Shown piece after piece: positions 8,204 through 17,614 of a DNA stretch of 20,000 nt. The stretch lies in IMG/VR virus record IMGVR_UViG_3300025277_000017; one strand, 5' to 3'. Origin of the DNA: an uncultured virus (IMG/VR IMGVR_UViG_3300025277_000017). Taxonomy: Duplodnaviria > Heunggongvirae > Uroviricota > Caudoviricetes. The notes beneath the pieces are model-generated. The model was not told the DNA's origin, made no database searches, and saw only the letters and a list, made by a program, of their open reading frames with translations. Numbering within the stretch: position 1 is the first letter of the stretch; each line of letters opens with the position of its first letter. Made by a program: the position numbers and the translations under genes.

Positions 8204-10083
8204 TATCTGCCCCCGTCCGGCCTGACTTCAGCGCGGAAAGTTCCGAACCTCCAGTCGTCGCCTGTGGCGTCGCTTTCAATCCTGAGAGCGGCCTGTCGTC
8301 CCCGTGCGCGTGTGTCAATCTTGTCCGTTGAGGTCGTAATCTCATACGGTCCGTTTGTCCTTTGGGTTGATGATGGATAGTCGCGAAACTTGAGTGTCAG
8401 GTCAACCGATCCCGACAGGTTCTTGAAGTCGGGTATGAATCTTTTAATCGACATCATTTTTTCGCCGTCCTCAAGATCAACGTCAGCTGACTCTATGTAG
8501 GATGTCATCGCGCTGCCGTCGGCGTCCTTCCCGAACTCATGCTTGTAGAAAAATGTCCTTCCCGCCGTCGCCCCGTACACGGTTGGAATTGGAGTGGTCG
8601 TGTCATCCGCGTCGTATTCCGCCGCGTATGGATTATTGTATGCGCTGCGGTCCGCCCACGCGCTTCTTGCCAGTGAGCCAACGTGCCAGGAATTTTCCTG
8701 GTAGTTGTATGTTACCTGCTTGTCCAGCTGCACGGAATCACTTGACGGATAGAACCACATCACCTCTCCAAAGTCGGAAAGGGTGGAACAAAATACGTCC
8801 TGCTGCGCAATTGGCTCGATGTCATCGAACACATGATCCTGCACTGTGCAGTCAAGTTTCTTGACTGCCCCGTCGAACACGAAGAATGATTCCTTACCCA
8901 TCCAGAACACCCTTCCGCCAATATCAATCGCGGCGTTCATTCCCACTGCACCGCAATTGTCGGCGATGAGCTTGAAACCAAACGTAAACGGTGGGCCAAT
9001 GAACTGCATCTGGTAGAGGGAGGTGTCGGTGAAAACAAGGATTACGCCCCTGCTCCTGACCGCCGCCATGATCTGGCTTCCCCTTGTCAATCGCTGTGAG
9101 CCGGCCGTGTTGGTCGCAGTCGGCGTCCACGTGTTGTTGTTTTCCTGGTCGCACCAGCGTATGAACATGTTGTCCTGCGTTGAGCTGGTCGCGATTGTTG
9201 TTTCCGTTCCGAACAGAATGACGTGCCGGTCATCACCCGAGATCAGCATGATCCTGTTTGTCGTTGGCGCGTTGCTCAGAACCGTTGCCAGGTTGCCGCT
9301 GAGTCCTGATGATGTATCCCACGTGTACAGTCCTCCATTTAACTGGCACGCTAGGGCGTCCTCGCCCCAGTTGTCCAAACTCCATTTTCCGGATTCAAGA
9401 ACAGCAGGCGACGCTGTAATATCCTCACGAGAATCGCCCCATTCAGTCTGGTTCCACACTCCCATGCCCCAGCCATATCCATAGATGGACGTGGCAGGAC
9501 CGGATCTAATCTTGTATGTCGCCGTCGCCGTCGCGCCACTTGCCGTTGACGTTGCCGCCGCAGGCGAAGTGATCGTGAACGTGTTGGCGGTTACAACCGC
9601 CGGGCTTGACGTGTCAAGCAATGTAAGTATTTCAAATTCGTTCTGCAGGTTGGCCTGCGTAACGCCGCCAACGTCCGCGCTGACACTGGAAATCGTCACG
9701 TAGTCCCCAACACGTGCGCCATGGGACCCATCCGTCACGGTGATGGTCGTCGATCCACTGGTTGTGTTAAACTGGGTAATGCTTCCTGTTCCACGCGTTG
9801 GAGTGGCATCATAGTACTTGTCCGCCAGTATATCCGAATAGACGTAGAGCTTCTTGTTGGTTCCGAACATCGTGTACTTGACACCGTCCAGATCAACCCA
9901 TGTCAAAAGGGCACGCGTCGCCCCTATAAGGGCATCGCTTGTGATCTTCAGCCATCCGCCAATCTTTTCGGGCAATCCGGAACGAAAGCGGACGTTATCA
10001 CCGTCTATCCACGTTCCCTCGGCACCGTATTCGGTTCGCTGCTTGTCGATTCCCGGCCGTATCTGTATCTTGGCTAGTGGCAT
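8203..10083 (-). CDS. Tail hub/nozzle (packaged-DNA stabilization protein, P22 gp10 / T7 gp12-like; 626 aa)
   Basis: Size, Trp-rich beta-propeller-like repeats (WSLDNWGED, FIRWCDQEN, VFWMG, EVMWFYPS) and C-terminal DTRARGRQAALRIES...WRFGTFR match the podovirus hub family as I recall it. Confidence 0.8.
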   Translation of the reverse strand: MPLAKIQIRPGIDKQRTEYGAEGTWIDGDNVRFRSGLPEKIGGWLKITSDALIGATRALLTWVDLDGVKYTMFGTNKKLYVYSDILADKYYDATPTRGTGSITQFNTTSGSTTITVTDGSHGARVGDYVTISSVSADVGGVTQANLQNEFEILTLLDTSSPAVVTANTFTITSPAAATSTASGATATATYKIRSGPATSIYGYGWGMGVWNQTEWGDSREDITASPAVLESGKWSLDNWGEDALACQLNGGLYTWDTSSGLSGNLATVLSNAPTTNRIMLISGDDRHVILFGTETTIATSSTQDNMFIRWCDQENNNTWTPTATNTAGSQRLTRGSQIMAAVRSRGVILVFTDTSLYQMQFIGPPFTFGFKLIADNCGAVGMNAAIDIGGRVFWMGKESFFVFDGAVKKLDCTVQDHVFDDIEPIAQQDVFCSTLSDFGEVMWFYPSSDSVQLDKQVTYNYQENSWHVGSLARSAWADRSAYNNPYAAEYDADDTTTPIPTVYGATAGRTFFYKHEFGKDADGSAMTSYIESADVDLEDGEKMMSIKRFIPDFKNLSGSVDLTLKFRDYPSSTQRTNGPYEITTSTDKIDTRARGRQAALRIESDATGDDWRFGTFRAEVRPDGGR

Positions 10084-10090
10084 TTAACTC

Positions 10091-11098
10091 CTAGTTTGTT
10101 GCGTAAAACGGCATCCAGTAACTGGTTCCACCGACATCCACGAGAACGTGTCCCGTCAATGATCCCACGCTTGTGTCCGTTGTAACGTTCGTGCTTTGGT
10201 CAGAGGCGCTTGTTCCATCGAACTTGATGAAAGGCTTGTCCTCGTCATCCTGGTCGAGCAACAGGCAGGGAACGGCTCCCGATGCGCTGTTCTGGTTTAT
10301 CTCCAGCTTTGCCGCCGGAGCGAGCACGCCAATGCCGACCCTGTCAGTTCCGCCGTCCGAGACAAAATTATTCGCGTCCCCGTTGCTTTCAATCCTGTAG
10401 TCAAGGTCCGCTGATGCATTATTGAATATGAAAGATCCGCCGTCAAATTCAACATTCCCTGTTGCCTTGAGGCTGCCGACAATATCCAGTGTAAATGAAG
10501 GGGAAGACTGGTTAATGCCAATCGTGTCCGCGCTGCCGTCAACAAAGAAGGCATGCGTGTAAGAGGCGGATTCAATCCTGAAATCAAGGTCGTTCGCCGA
10601 TGCTTCATTAAAAGTAAAAGCACCACCATTAAAATTAACGGCTCCCGCCACGTCCAGTGTTCCGTTGGCCGTGATATTTCCCGCATCGTCCAAGACGTCG
10701 AACATCGTCGATCCGTCCGTGTACAGTAAGTGTTTTGATCCTGCTATAAGTCCATCAGTTGTTCCTGTTCCACCAGCCGGCTTGAAGTTAAGAGTGTATG
10801 TTCCCATGGTCGCCGCATTGTCAACAATGTACCAGTTCTCCACCGCCTCGCACTGCATGGTTGTGTTGCCCGTCAGCGTTCCCGTCAGTTTTATGATTGC
10901 GTTGCTTGTTTCATCCGCTGTTGTTCCGTCCGTTGCCGTCAGGGAATCCGTTGTGCTCGCTATTGCGACAGAGACGTATCCCTTGATAGCCGATTCCAGC
11001 TTTTGCAAATTGTTATTTGTTATTGTACCCCAAGTCGCGGCGTTCTCCCCCGTTGTCTGGAGCTCAAGGTTCAGGGTGCCTGAATATGTCGATGCCAT
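10091..11098 (-). CDS. Tail fibre/spike protein (335 aa)
   Basis: MASTYS...LELQTTGENAATWGTITNNNL N-terminal anchor; two internal repeats (NFNGGAFTFNEASANDLDFRIES / EFDGGSFIFNNASADLDYRIES) with VGIG-x3-P-x2-KLEI fibre motifs. Confidence 0.78.
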   Translation of the reverse strand: MASTYSGTLNLELQTTGENAATWGTITNNNLQKLESAIKGYVSVAIASTTDSLTATDGTTADETSNAIIKLTGTLTGNTTMQCEAVENWYIVDNAATMGTYTLNFKPAGGTGTTDGLIAGSKHLLYTDGSTMFDVLDDAGNITANGTLDVAGAVNFNGGAFTFNEASANDLDFRIESASYTHAFFVDGSADTIGINQSSPSFTLDIVGSLKATGNVEFDGGSFIFNNASADLDYRIESNGDANNFVSDGGTDRVGIGVLAPAAKLEINQNSASGAVPCLLLDQDDEDKPFIKFDGTSASDQSTNVTTDTSVGSLTGHVLVDVGGTSYWMPFYATN

Positions 11099-11115
11099 TT
11101 TTAGTTCCTCCTTAT

Positions 11116-11451
11116 CTAATCAATTTCCGTCCATGACGCCGTCTGGCTGTCATCAACTTCCGTCCAATCTACTGTCTGGCTGTCATCCGTCTCGTTCCAC
11201 AAAGTAAGATCCACGTCATTCACGCTCAGGGTGATCAAGGTCTGGAATGCCTCCCCGAATGCCGTCTCGTCTCCAATGCTGAACGTTGCATAATTTCCTG
11301 TCGCGTCCACGGGTGCCGAACCGGTAACCGTTTCCGTGCCGATGCTGAATGTTGCTGCATTTCCACCTTCCGTGAATGAAAGGTTATGCACCACGCTCAG
11401 CATTGCGTCCTGGAATGCCTGCTCCGCGAATGCTGTGTGTCCTAGAAGCAT
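11116..11451 (-). CDS. Acidic small virion protein with short repeats (111 aa)
   Basis: GNxATFSIG twice and W(N/T)ExDDSQT repeats; DNA repeat gtctggctgtcatc at 11141 and 11174. Confidence 0.7.
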   Translation of the reverse strand: MLLGHTAFAEQAFQDAMLSVVHNLSFTEGGNAATFSIGTETVTGSAPVDATGNYATFSIGDETAFGEAFQTLITLSVNDVDLTLWNETDDSQTVDWTEVDDSQTASWTEID

Positions 11452-11454
11452 CTG

Positions 11455-12066
11455 TTACCCATTTGGATCCGTTGGCCATTCGCCAAGTGGCTTGCTTTGT
11501 ACACCGTCCGTTATTGTATAAGTAAACAAAGCCGCCAAAGCGTCCACGTCCGCCGCACCGTCCACCTGTGCCTGCATTGAATTGCACTTGGCCCTCACGG
11601 CCGTCCTGTAATCCGTTATGGCACTGGGTATTGACGTTCCGGCTTCCGTGTTACGTATAACATACCAGTCATATTTTGCAAGAAGTCCTGCCGCCTGTCT
11701 GTCGAATAGTTCCTTTTTAACTGTCTTTAAGCCTTTAGTAACAACTTGATTTCCATTATCATCTAGTATTGGGTTGTCATCTCCATCAACCTCATTTCTA
11801 TCCGCAATGGCTTTAGCAACAGCCGTGCCATATGTTGCCGTTACGACTCCCCCTGCAAAGGCTAGGGTCTGGTTGGTATTAGTGTACCATTTCTCATCCC
11901 TTTTATTGGTATCATCATAAACAACCGAATAGATGCCTATGGCATTTAAATCTGCTTCCGGCCACAGACTGTGAATGTTCTGGGGATACTGAACGTCACC
12001 TATCGTCATCCCCCTAGGATTATTATAGGTTTTTGTTATTGTGTTATCTTCTACTAAAGCGTACAT
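11455..12066 (-). CDS. Putative tail fibre assembly chaperone (203 aa)
   Basis: C-terminal LLAKYDWYVIR...IPSAITDYRTAVR...WP resembles phage tail-assembly-chaperone motifs; follows the fibre/RBP genes; AGGAGG RBS. Confidence 0.65.
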   Translation of the reverse strand: MYALVEDNTITKTYNNPRGMTIGDVQYPQNIHSLWPEADLNAIGIYSVVYDDTNKRDEKWYTNTNQTLAFAGGVVTATYGTAVAKAIADRNEVDGDDNPILDDNGNQVVTKGLKTVKKELFDRQAAGLLAKYDWYVIRNTEAGTSIPSAITDYRTAVRAKCNSMQAQVDGAADVDALAALFTYTITDGVQSKPLGEWPTDPNG

Positions 12067-12079
12067 TTCTCCTCCTTAA

Positions 12080-13183
12080 TTATTTTGCCGTGCACGGTAC
12101 TCCCCCTGATGTTACAAATGGTTGTTCTGCGAATGCCATATATAAATAATTATCACCGCTTGTATTATCATTATTTTCAGTATTTCTAATTTTAAAACCA
12201 TTAGATAATAAATCAATTACAGTTGCACTATCATTTACACTTTCAGCATTAGCCCCATTAGCTAATAAAACTGTTCCATTTGGATTTGTTCCTCCAGTTG
12301 TTGTTCTTTTGTTATCTCTTATTACCCAATTTGATACGCTGTCTACATTTTTATACAGAAGATAAGCTGGTTTAAATCCTGTATAAACAAATGGGCCGTC
12401 TGCATTTCCGTTGCCTGTATACCCACCAAATTTTGAGTAGCCTTGTATTTCCCTCCAAGCATAGCATACAAATGTTTCAGTATCACCGTGAACTCCCGAA
12501 TTACTTAATGAACATACTGTTGATGTTGGTGCTGTGTCATTCCAAATAAGAAAATCAGTAGTTGCATCAGTAGTATCTAAAACCAAGTAATCCGTTTCTG
12601 GTGCCGCTGTATTGGCACTATGATACATATACCAGTTATTTACTGTGCTTCTTTCCTTGAATAAAAGAACATCTGGAACTGCACCAAGACCGTGTGATAC
12701 TGTTGCTGTTGCTCCTGTTCCTGTATAAAGAATTATTGAAAATCCCGCTGTTGTATTTGCTTGGTGTGTACTTGCTAAAATTTGTGATGCACCGCTTCCA
12801 CTCGCACTTACAGATGATGTTGAACCGCCATTAGCTTTCCATTGCCATGCTACGTGACCATCATCTGCATAATTAATTTGATTTGTTCCAGAAGTAGCTC
12901 CCAAGCTAAAACCATCAGAACTAAAAGCTGTCAAGTTCATATTTCCCGATGCATCACCTTCTGCAGCATCTTCATCTGATTTCAATGATTTAGATGTACC
13001 AGTTCCTCTGGTTGAATCATACAAACCGTGAGCGGCAGAAATTTCTCTATTCTTCATCCAAATTAAATCTGGTGCAAAATCTCCTGCATTAGCGTCATTG
13101 GTAATAGCATTTGCATCTGCATTACCAGTATATAATTGAATATGAAAATGTGCTGATGGGTCATCTATTGTTGTATAAGCCAT
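12080..13183 (-). CDS. Putative receptor-binding/fibre-tip protein with three YTGxG-type repeats (367 aa; start corrected to 13183)
   Basis: ATG at 13183 overlaps the upstream stop (TAATG), giving MAYTTIDDPSAHF. Repeats LYTGNA..PDLIWMKNR, LYTGTG..PDVLLFKER, GYTGNG..PAYLLYKN. Confidence 0.75.
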   Translation of the reverse strand: MAYTTIDDPSAHFHIQLYTGNADANAITNDANAGDFAPDLIWMKNREISAAHGLYDSTRGTGTSKSLKSDEDAAEGDASGNMNLTAFSSDGFSLGATSGTNQINYADDGHVAWQWKANGGSTSSVSASGSGASQILASTHQANTTAGFSIILYTGTGATATVSHGLGAVPDVLLFKERSTVNNWYMYHSANTAAPETDYLVLDTTDATTDFLIWNDTAPTSTVCSLSNSGVHGDTETFVCYAWREIQGYSKFGGYTGNGNADGPFVYTGFKPAYLLYKNVDSVSNWVIRDNKRTTTGGTNPNGTVLLANGANAESVNDSATVIDLLSNGFKIRNTENNDNTSGDNYLYMAFAEQPFVTSGGVPCTAK

Positions 13184-14619
13184 TATCCATACTCCGCTAG
13201 GTTCTTGGTGCAAAGGGCATAGTAGCCACTAGGTACTGCGAATTCAAAGTTTCCGTATCCGTTGGCATCCGCATTGCCACTTGATATTGAATGTACAGGA
13301 TTTCCAAAATTAACCTGACCTTCTCCAGCTTGTGAACCAGAAGCATAAGTCATAAATACATAAGGATTGGATTTAGTTTCAGAAAGATTTTCTGTTTTAG
13401 TTAAACTTCCTTCCACATAATATTTAATTGTTTTTGTTCCACTATCTAAATCAATCGCAAATCCAACTATCTCATTTTGAGCAACAACTGTTCCACCTGT
13501 TTGTGTATTTGAACCATTAGCATAAACATATCCATCTCTCCTATAACTGTAACTATCTGTAAAATTGCCTGGATAATCAGTAGCAGCATGATTATCTACA
13601 GCATCATAACCAACTTGCCCTATGCCTGATTGGGGATTATAGTCATTATCATTAGTACACTTTAGTTCTATATACCATTTCCCATTTTGCATAGCTATTG
13701 AACTTTTACTAGTAAAAGTTCCACTAACTTGTAAATTACCCTCTGCTAATGTCGCGCCACTCATTAATGGGTTCATTGTAGCAAAATTATTCGTTGGCGT
13801 GTCTGTAATCATATGTTTTGCGGCAAGACTGTCGCTTGTAAAATGATTATCATTTCCAGAAGTGTCAGCACCTATTGTTCCTGTTCCGGCAGTTCCTGTG
13901 CCTGATTCTTTAAGTTCCATAAAGTGTCCGTTGTTCCCCCAAGTAACATCCGGACTCTTGGGTTTCCATATTCCACTATCCTCATCTGCTTCTCCAAATG
14001 ATGATGGAGTTAAAGCAGAGCCATCAACAAAAGCAAGTTCAGCGAATGATGAATCACAAGGCGTGTTTTCATACCAAGCAGTTTTACCAACAGTTCCATC
14101 AAACCATAAATGCGAGTTACTGGCGTTACCAAAAGACCAATCATCATTTTGGTCAGGCCAAGTTGCACTATCCGTTGCCGTTATTTGAGTGTTATTTACA
14201 TATAGTTTTACTCTATTTGTATCCGTTCCCTGTGAAGTATCACCAACTAAAACAATATGATACCAAGCACTAAAATCACGATAAAGTGGTGACCAATTTA
14301 TATTGGGATTTGTGCCTGAAAGAGTATCAAAAAAGGTAAATTGTGCATTGGATGCATCTGAATAGTGAAGATACCCAATATTATTACCACTTCCGTCTAA
14401 ACTTCCCCAAATTTGTTGTGCAACTCTGCTGTCTAGGGAAGCATCAGTTGTGGAAGTATGAGGCTTAAACCAAAAGCTTACTGTAAATTTATCAATATCA
14501 GTAGCTGTGTCTAAGTCTCTCTTTAAAGTAGGGCGGTCTGCTATTGTACACCTAACTCCGTTAGTTACATTATATCCTGTATCTGCTGCCGAATTAGCTC
14601 CACCTATTAAGAATGCCAT
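13183..14619 (-). CDS. LamG/concanavalin-like plus SPRY-like domain protein, putative adhesin (478 aa)
   Basis: LamG-like FTVSFWFK, WYHIVLV, RVKLYVN; SPRY-like GKWYIELK, IVGFAIDLDSG, VNFG...VPSGYYAL. Confidence 0.8.
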   Translation of the reverse strand: MAFLIGGANSAADTGYNVTNGVRCTIADRPTLKRDLDTATDIDKFTVSFWFKPHTSTTDASLDSRVAQQIWGSLDGSGNNIGYLHYSDASNAQFTFFDTLSGTNPNINWSPLYRDFSAWYHIVLVGDTSQGTDTNRVKLYVNNTQITATDSATWPDQNDDWSFGNASNSHLWFDGTVGKTAWYENTPCDSSFAELAFVDGSALTPSSFGEADEDSGIWKPKSPDVTWGNNGHFMELKESGTGTAGTGTIGADTSGNDNHFTSDSLAAKHMITDTPTNNFATMNPLMSGATLAEGNLQVSGTFTSKSSIAMQNGKWYIELKCTNDNDYNPQSGIGQVGYDAVDNHAATDYPGNFTDSYSYRRDGYVYANGSNTQTGGTVVAQNEIVGFAIDLDSGTKTIKYYVEGSLTKTENLSETKSNPYVFMTYASGSQAGEGQVNFGNPVHSISSGNADANGYGNFEFAVPSGYYALCTKNLAEYG

Positions 14620-14620
14620 A

Positions 14621-17170
14621 TTAAGCCCTTGTTAAGTTAAGGTTTCTTCCAACTTCTATCCAATGTGAATTGTGATATCTAAAGGTAAATAAATCACCCT
14701 TGGCTGCCGTTGTAGTGGCCGTTGGAGCAGTACCACCTGTAAATTCAAAAGCGGCGTTCCAAGCAATTGTCCTTGAACCTGTTCCATCCTGTATACAAAG
14801 AATAGAAATATACTGTCCTGTTGTAGGATTAGAAGGTAAATCAAAGGTCACATTACCTGTCAGTGTTACTTGTGCAACTGGCGATGCCCGTACATCCCAA
14901 TCCTGCGTAGTGTCAAAGGTCAATGTATCTTCTTCCAAGTACACACCACCTGTTATTTTTGTTAGGTTGTTTGAATCTGCTGATAATACTTTTGATGCCG
15001 CACTTGTTCCCAGTGTTGTTAAATCTGAATAGTTTAATTCTGTTGCTGTTGAAGTTACTCCATCAAGAATATTCAGTTCAGCCGCCGTTGATGTTACATT
15101 CGTTCCACCTATATCAAGGGTAACCATTTGAACTTCACCCGCAAAAGTTGCCAATGAACTTGTTACTGTTGAATTCGGCGTGAGCGTTAAATGGGTTACG
15201 TATGTTCCCGCTGAATTAATGTCATTACCAAGAGTAATGGTACCCCCGTCAGCGACGTTTAATTTCCATTCATCTCCTGCGTCATCGCCTTCATCAGCCA
15301 TTAAGGTAATGGCTAGTCCCGCACCTTCAGTTGCTGCAATTTTTAAGGAATCAGTTGTTGTTTCATCATATCCTACAAGAACATTTTGGTCTGAGCCAAA
15401 TTGAATATACTTATCATCGGCGATATAAAAATCACCCCATTCAGCACTAGCAGAACCTAAATCAGCACCACCAGAAGCATCGGGAATAATTGACGTTTCC
15501 GCTGTGAATGTGTCAGTTCGTATTCCGGAAGTACCATTATCTATTGCTCCAAAACCTGAAGTTATGGAACCTGAATCCAATGCACCAGTTGTAACAATGT
15601 TACCGCCGCCAACACTATGACTTGCAAAATAAGTTGATACTGTATCAACATTAGTCATTGCCATTGTACCACCATCATTGATGAGTATTCCGTCACCGCT
15701 TGCTACAGCGGTAGTGCCTCTTGAAGTACCGCCATCAATTAAGTTAATCTCAGCCGCAGTAGTTGTTACATTAGTTCCCCCAATATCAAGGGTAACCATT
15801 TGAACTTCCCCTGCGAAAGTTGCCAATGAGCTTGTTACTGTTGAATTTGGTGTAAGTGTTAAATGAGTTACAAAAGTTCCTGCGGAATTAATATCGTTAC
15901 CAAGAGTAATAGTGCCACCGTCAGCTACATTTAATTTCCATTCATCTCCCGCATCATCACCCTCATCAGCCATTAAGGTAATGGCTAGGCCCGCTCCTTC
16001 GGTCGCCGCAATTTTTAAAGTATCAGTTGTTGTTTCATCATATCCTATAAGAATATTTTGGTCTGAGCCAAATTGAATGTATTTGTCATCGGCAACATAT
16101 ATATCTCCCCATTCTAAAGCGGCTGTTCCAATATCTGCTCCGCCTGAAGCATCCGGTACGAGTGAAGTTTCTGCCGTGAATGTGTTAGTTCGTATTCCGG
16201 AAGTTCCGTTATCTATTGCCCCGAAACCTGAAGTTATGGAACCACTATCTAAAGCACCAACTGTTACTATATTACCGCCACCAACACTTTCAGCAGCCAT
16301 ATATGTAGAAACAGTCTGCACAGTAGTCATTCTCATTGTGCCATCGTCATTAATGAGAATACCATCTCCATCTGCAACAGCAGTAGTGCCTCTTGCAGTA
16401 CCTCCATCAATTAAATTTATTTCGGCTGCAGTAGTTGTTACTGTTGTACTCGCAATACTAAGAGCATCTGTTTCTAAAGTTCCATCAATATCCGCATTAC
16501 CGGATATATCCAATGTTGCTGCGTCTAACTCACCCGATAAAGTAATATCAGTGGCACCAGTAATGGCACCATTTAATGCAACAGCACCATTAATGTCTAT
16601 TGTAGTTGCGGCTATTTGTACTTCTGTATCTGCAACAATGTCTAATTGACCATCCGTAGATGAATAAATATATAAACCAGTATCATAAAATTGAATTTTT
16701 TCTGTACTATTTATTAAAATGTCATCAGAGAATTTAAAGTAATCCTCATCCTCCATCCATGTTAGTACGCCGTCGGCATCAGCACCGTCAAACGTTAATG
16801 TATAATCAACGCCTGCGGATCCTGTTCCAATTGTTAAATTATTATTTGTATCGAGGGAAGCAATCTTGCTTGCCGGCAAGGTGCAAAATACGTCCTTCGT
16901 GCCAGCACTGAAATCAACAGCGGAATCGCTGTTCGAGCTTGAAATAACTGTTGTTCTTGCTAGTGTATCCGTTGACGCGTCTGTTACGGTTCCAAGGCCA
17001 ACTTCCCATTCGTCCTCGTCACGGTTGACAATGGCGTAGTATGTCGTATTGCCATCCCCGATTCCCGCAACGAATGTCTCAAATGCTGTAACAGCGCCGC
17101 TCAGATCAAGCGTGCCTGTTCCCGTTGTTGTCGAAGTTTCCTTGACTCTATCATTCAGCTTTAGCGCCAT
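14621..17170 (-). CDS. Long tail fibre protein (849 aa)
   Basis: MALKLNDRVKETSTTTGTGT...WEVGLGT..LARTTVISSSN..FSAGTKDVFCTLPA anchor; T/G/D-rich shaft with TAAEIN repeats; C-terminal IQDGTGSRTIAW..GGTAPT domain. Confidence 0.88.
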   Translation of the reverse strand: MALKLNDRVKETSTTTGTGTLDLSGAVTAFETFVAGIGDGNTTYYAIVNRDEDEWEVGLGTVTDASTDTLARTTVISSSNSDSAVDFSAGTKDVFCTLPASKIASLDTNNNLTIGTGSAGVDYTLTFDGADADGVLTWMEDEDYFKFSDDILINSTEKIQFYDTGLYIYSSTDGQLDIVADTEVQIAATTIDINGAVALNGAITGATDITLSGELDAATLDISGNADIDGTLETDALSIASTTVTTTAAEINLIDGGTARGTTAVADGDGILINDDGTMRMTTVQTVSTYMAAESVGGGNIVTVGALDSGSITSGFGAIDNGTSGIRTNTFTAETSLVPDASGGADIGTAALEWGDIYVADDKYIQFGSDQNILIGYDETTTDTLKIAATEGAGLAITLMADEGDDAGDEWKLNVADGGTITLGNDINSAGTFVTHLTLTPNSTVTSSLATFAGEVQMVTLDIGGTNVTTTAAEINLIDGGTSRGTTAVASGDGILINDGGTMAMTNVDTVSTYFASHSVGGGNIVTTGALDSGSITSGFGAIDNGTSGIRTDTFTAETSIIPDASGGADLGSASAEWGDFYIADDKYIQFGSDQNVLVGYDETTTDSLKIAATEGAGLAITLMADEGDDAGDEWKLNVADGGTITLGNDINSAGTYVTHLTLTPNSTVTSSLATFAGEVQMVTLDIGGTNVTSTAAELNILDGVTSTATELNYSDLTTLGTSAASKVLSADSNNLTKITGGVYLEEDTLTFDTTQDWDVRASPVAQVTLTGNVTFDLPSNPTTGQYISILCIQDGTGSRTIAWNAAFEFTGGTAPTATTTAAKGDLFTFRYHNSHWIEVGRNLNLTRA
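15098..16441 (-). repeat. Two tandem 672-bp (224-aa) repeat units inside the tail fibre gene
   Basis: Unit starts (VTTTAAEIN / VTSTAAELN) at 16441, 15769 and 15097, exactly 672 bp apart; taaccatttgaacttc occurs at both 15121 and 15793. Confidence 0.95.
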
Positions 17171-17179
17171 TGAAACTCC

Positions 17180-17611
17180 TTACGCTAGTCTTAGAATAGC
17201 ATTGCTTGCATCTGCTGCCGGAAACGCAATTGTAAACGTTCCGCTTGTTGACGTCTTGTCGCCACCAAAGTCCAGAACAACTACAGCCTTATTAGAAGCA
17301 TTACTATTATAAATTAATGCACCGCGTGCAGTGATTGTTGCTGATGTAAAAGATATATCAGAAAAATCGCAAAGAGCAGTTGTTCCACTTGTAGTTGGGG
17401 TCACTGCTGTCAATGAACCACCTCCAGCCGTGTAGGTTCCTGAATTAGAAACTTCGTTTGTAGCGGAATAAGCAGTTGTTGAAGCGCTTAGAGTAGCCGA
17501 GCTAGAATACAATGCAATTTTAAAAGTGTCCCCTGTTGTAGCCGTGAAATCATGACCTTCAACGAGAATCTCCTGCTTAAAACTGGTACAAACAGCTTGG
17601 GTTATTGCCAT
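17180..17611 (-). CDS. Conserved phage virion protein, probably fibre-associated (143 aa)
   Basis: MAITQAVCTSFKQEIL..HDF..DTFKIALY..TITARGALIYN..VLDFGGDKTST..FTIAFP; directly upstream of the tail fibre; GGAGG RBS. Confidence 0.75.
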   Translation of the reverse strand: MAITQAVCTSFKQEILVEGHDFTATTGDTFKIALYSSSATLSASTTAYSATNEVSNSGTYTAGGGSLTAVTPTTSGTTALCDFSDISFTSATITARGALIYNSNASNKAVVVLDFGGDKTSTSGTFTIAFPAADASNAILRLA

Positions 17612-17614
17612 GTC

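Noticed and set aside
7250..13155. HxH motifs (HSH in the 220-aa protein, HFH in the 367-aa protein) as T4 gp37-like iron sites
   Set aside because: Single isolated occurrences in probable beta strands, not the repeated HxH series of an iron-binding needle.
15098..16441. 672-bp repeat as a diversity-generating retroelement TR/VR pair
   Set aside because: Both copies are in frame within one gene, differences are largely synonymous and not adenine-specific, and there is no reverse transcriptase in the window.
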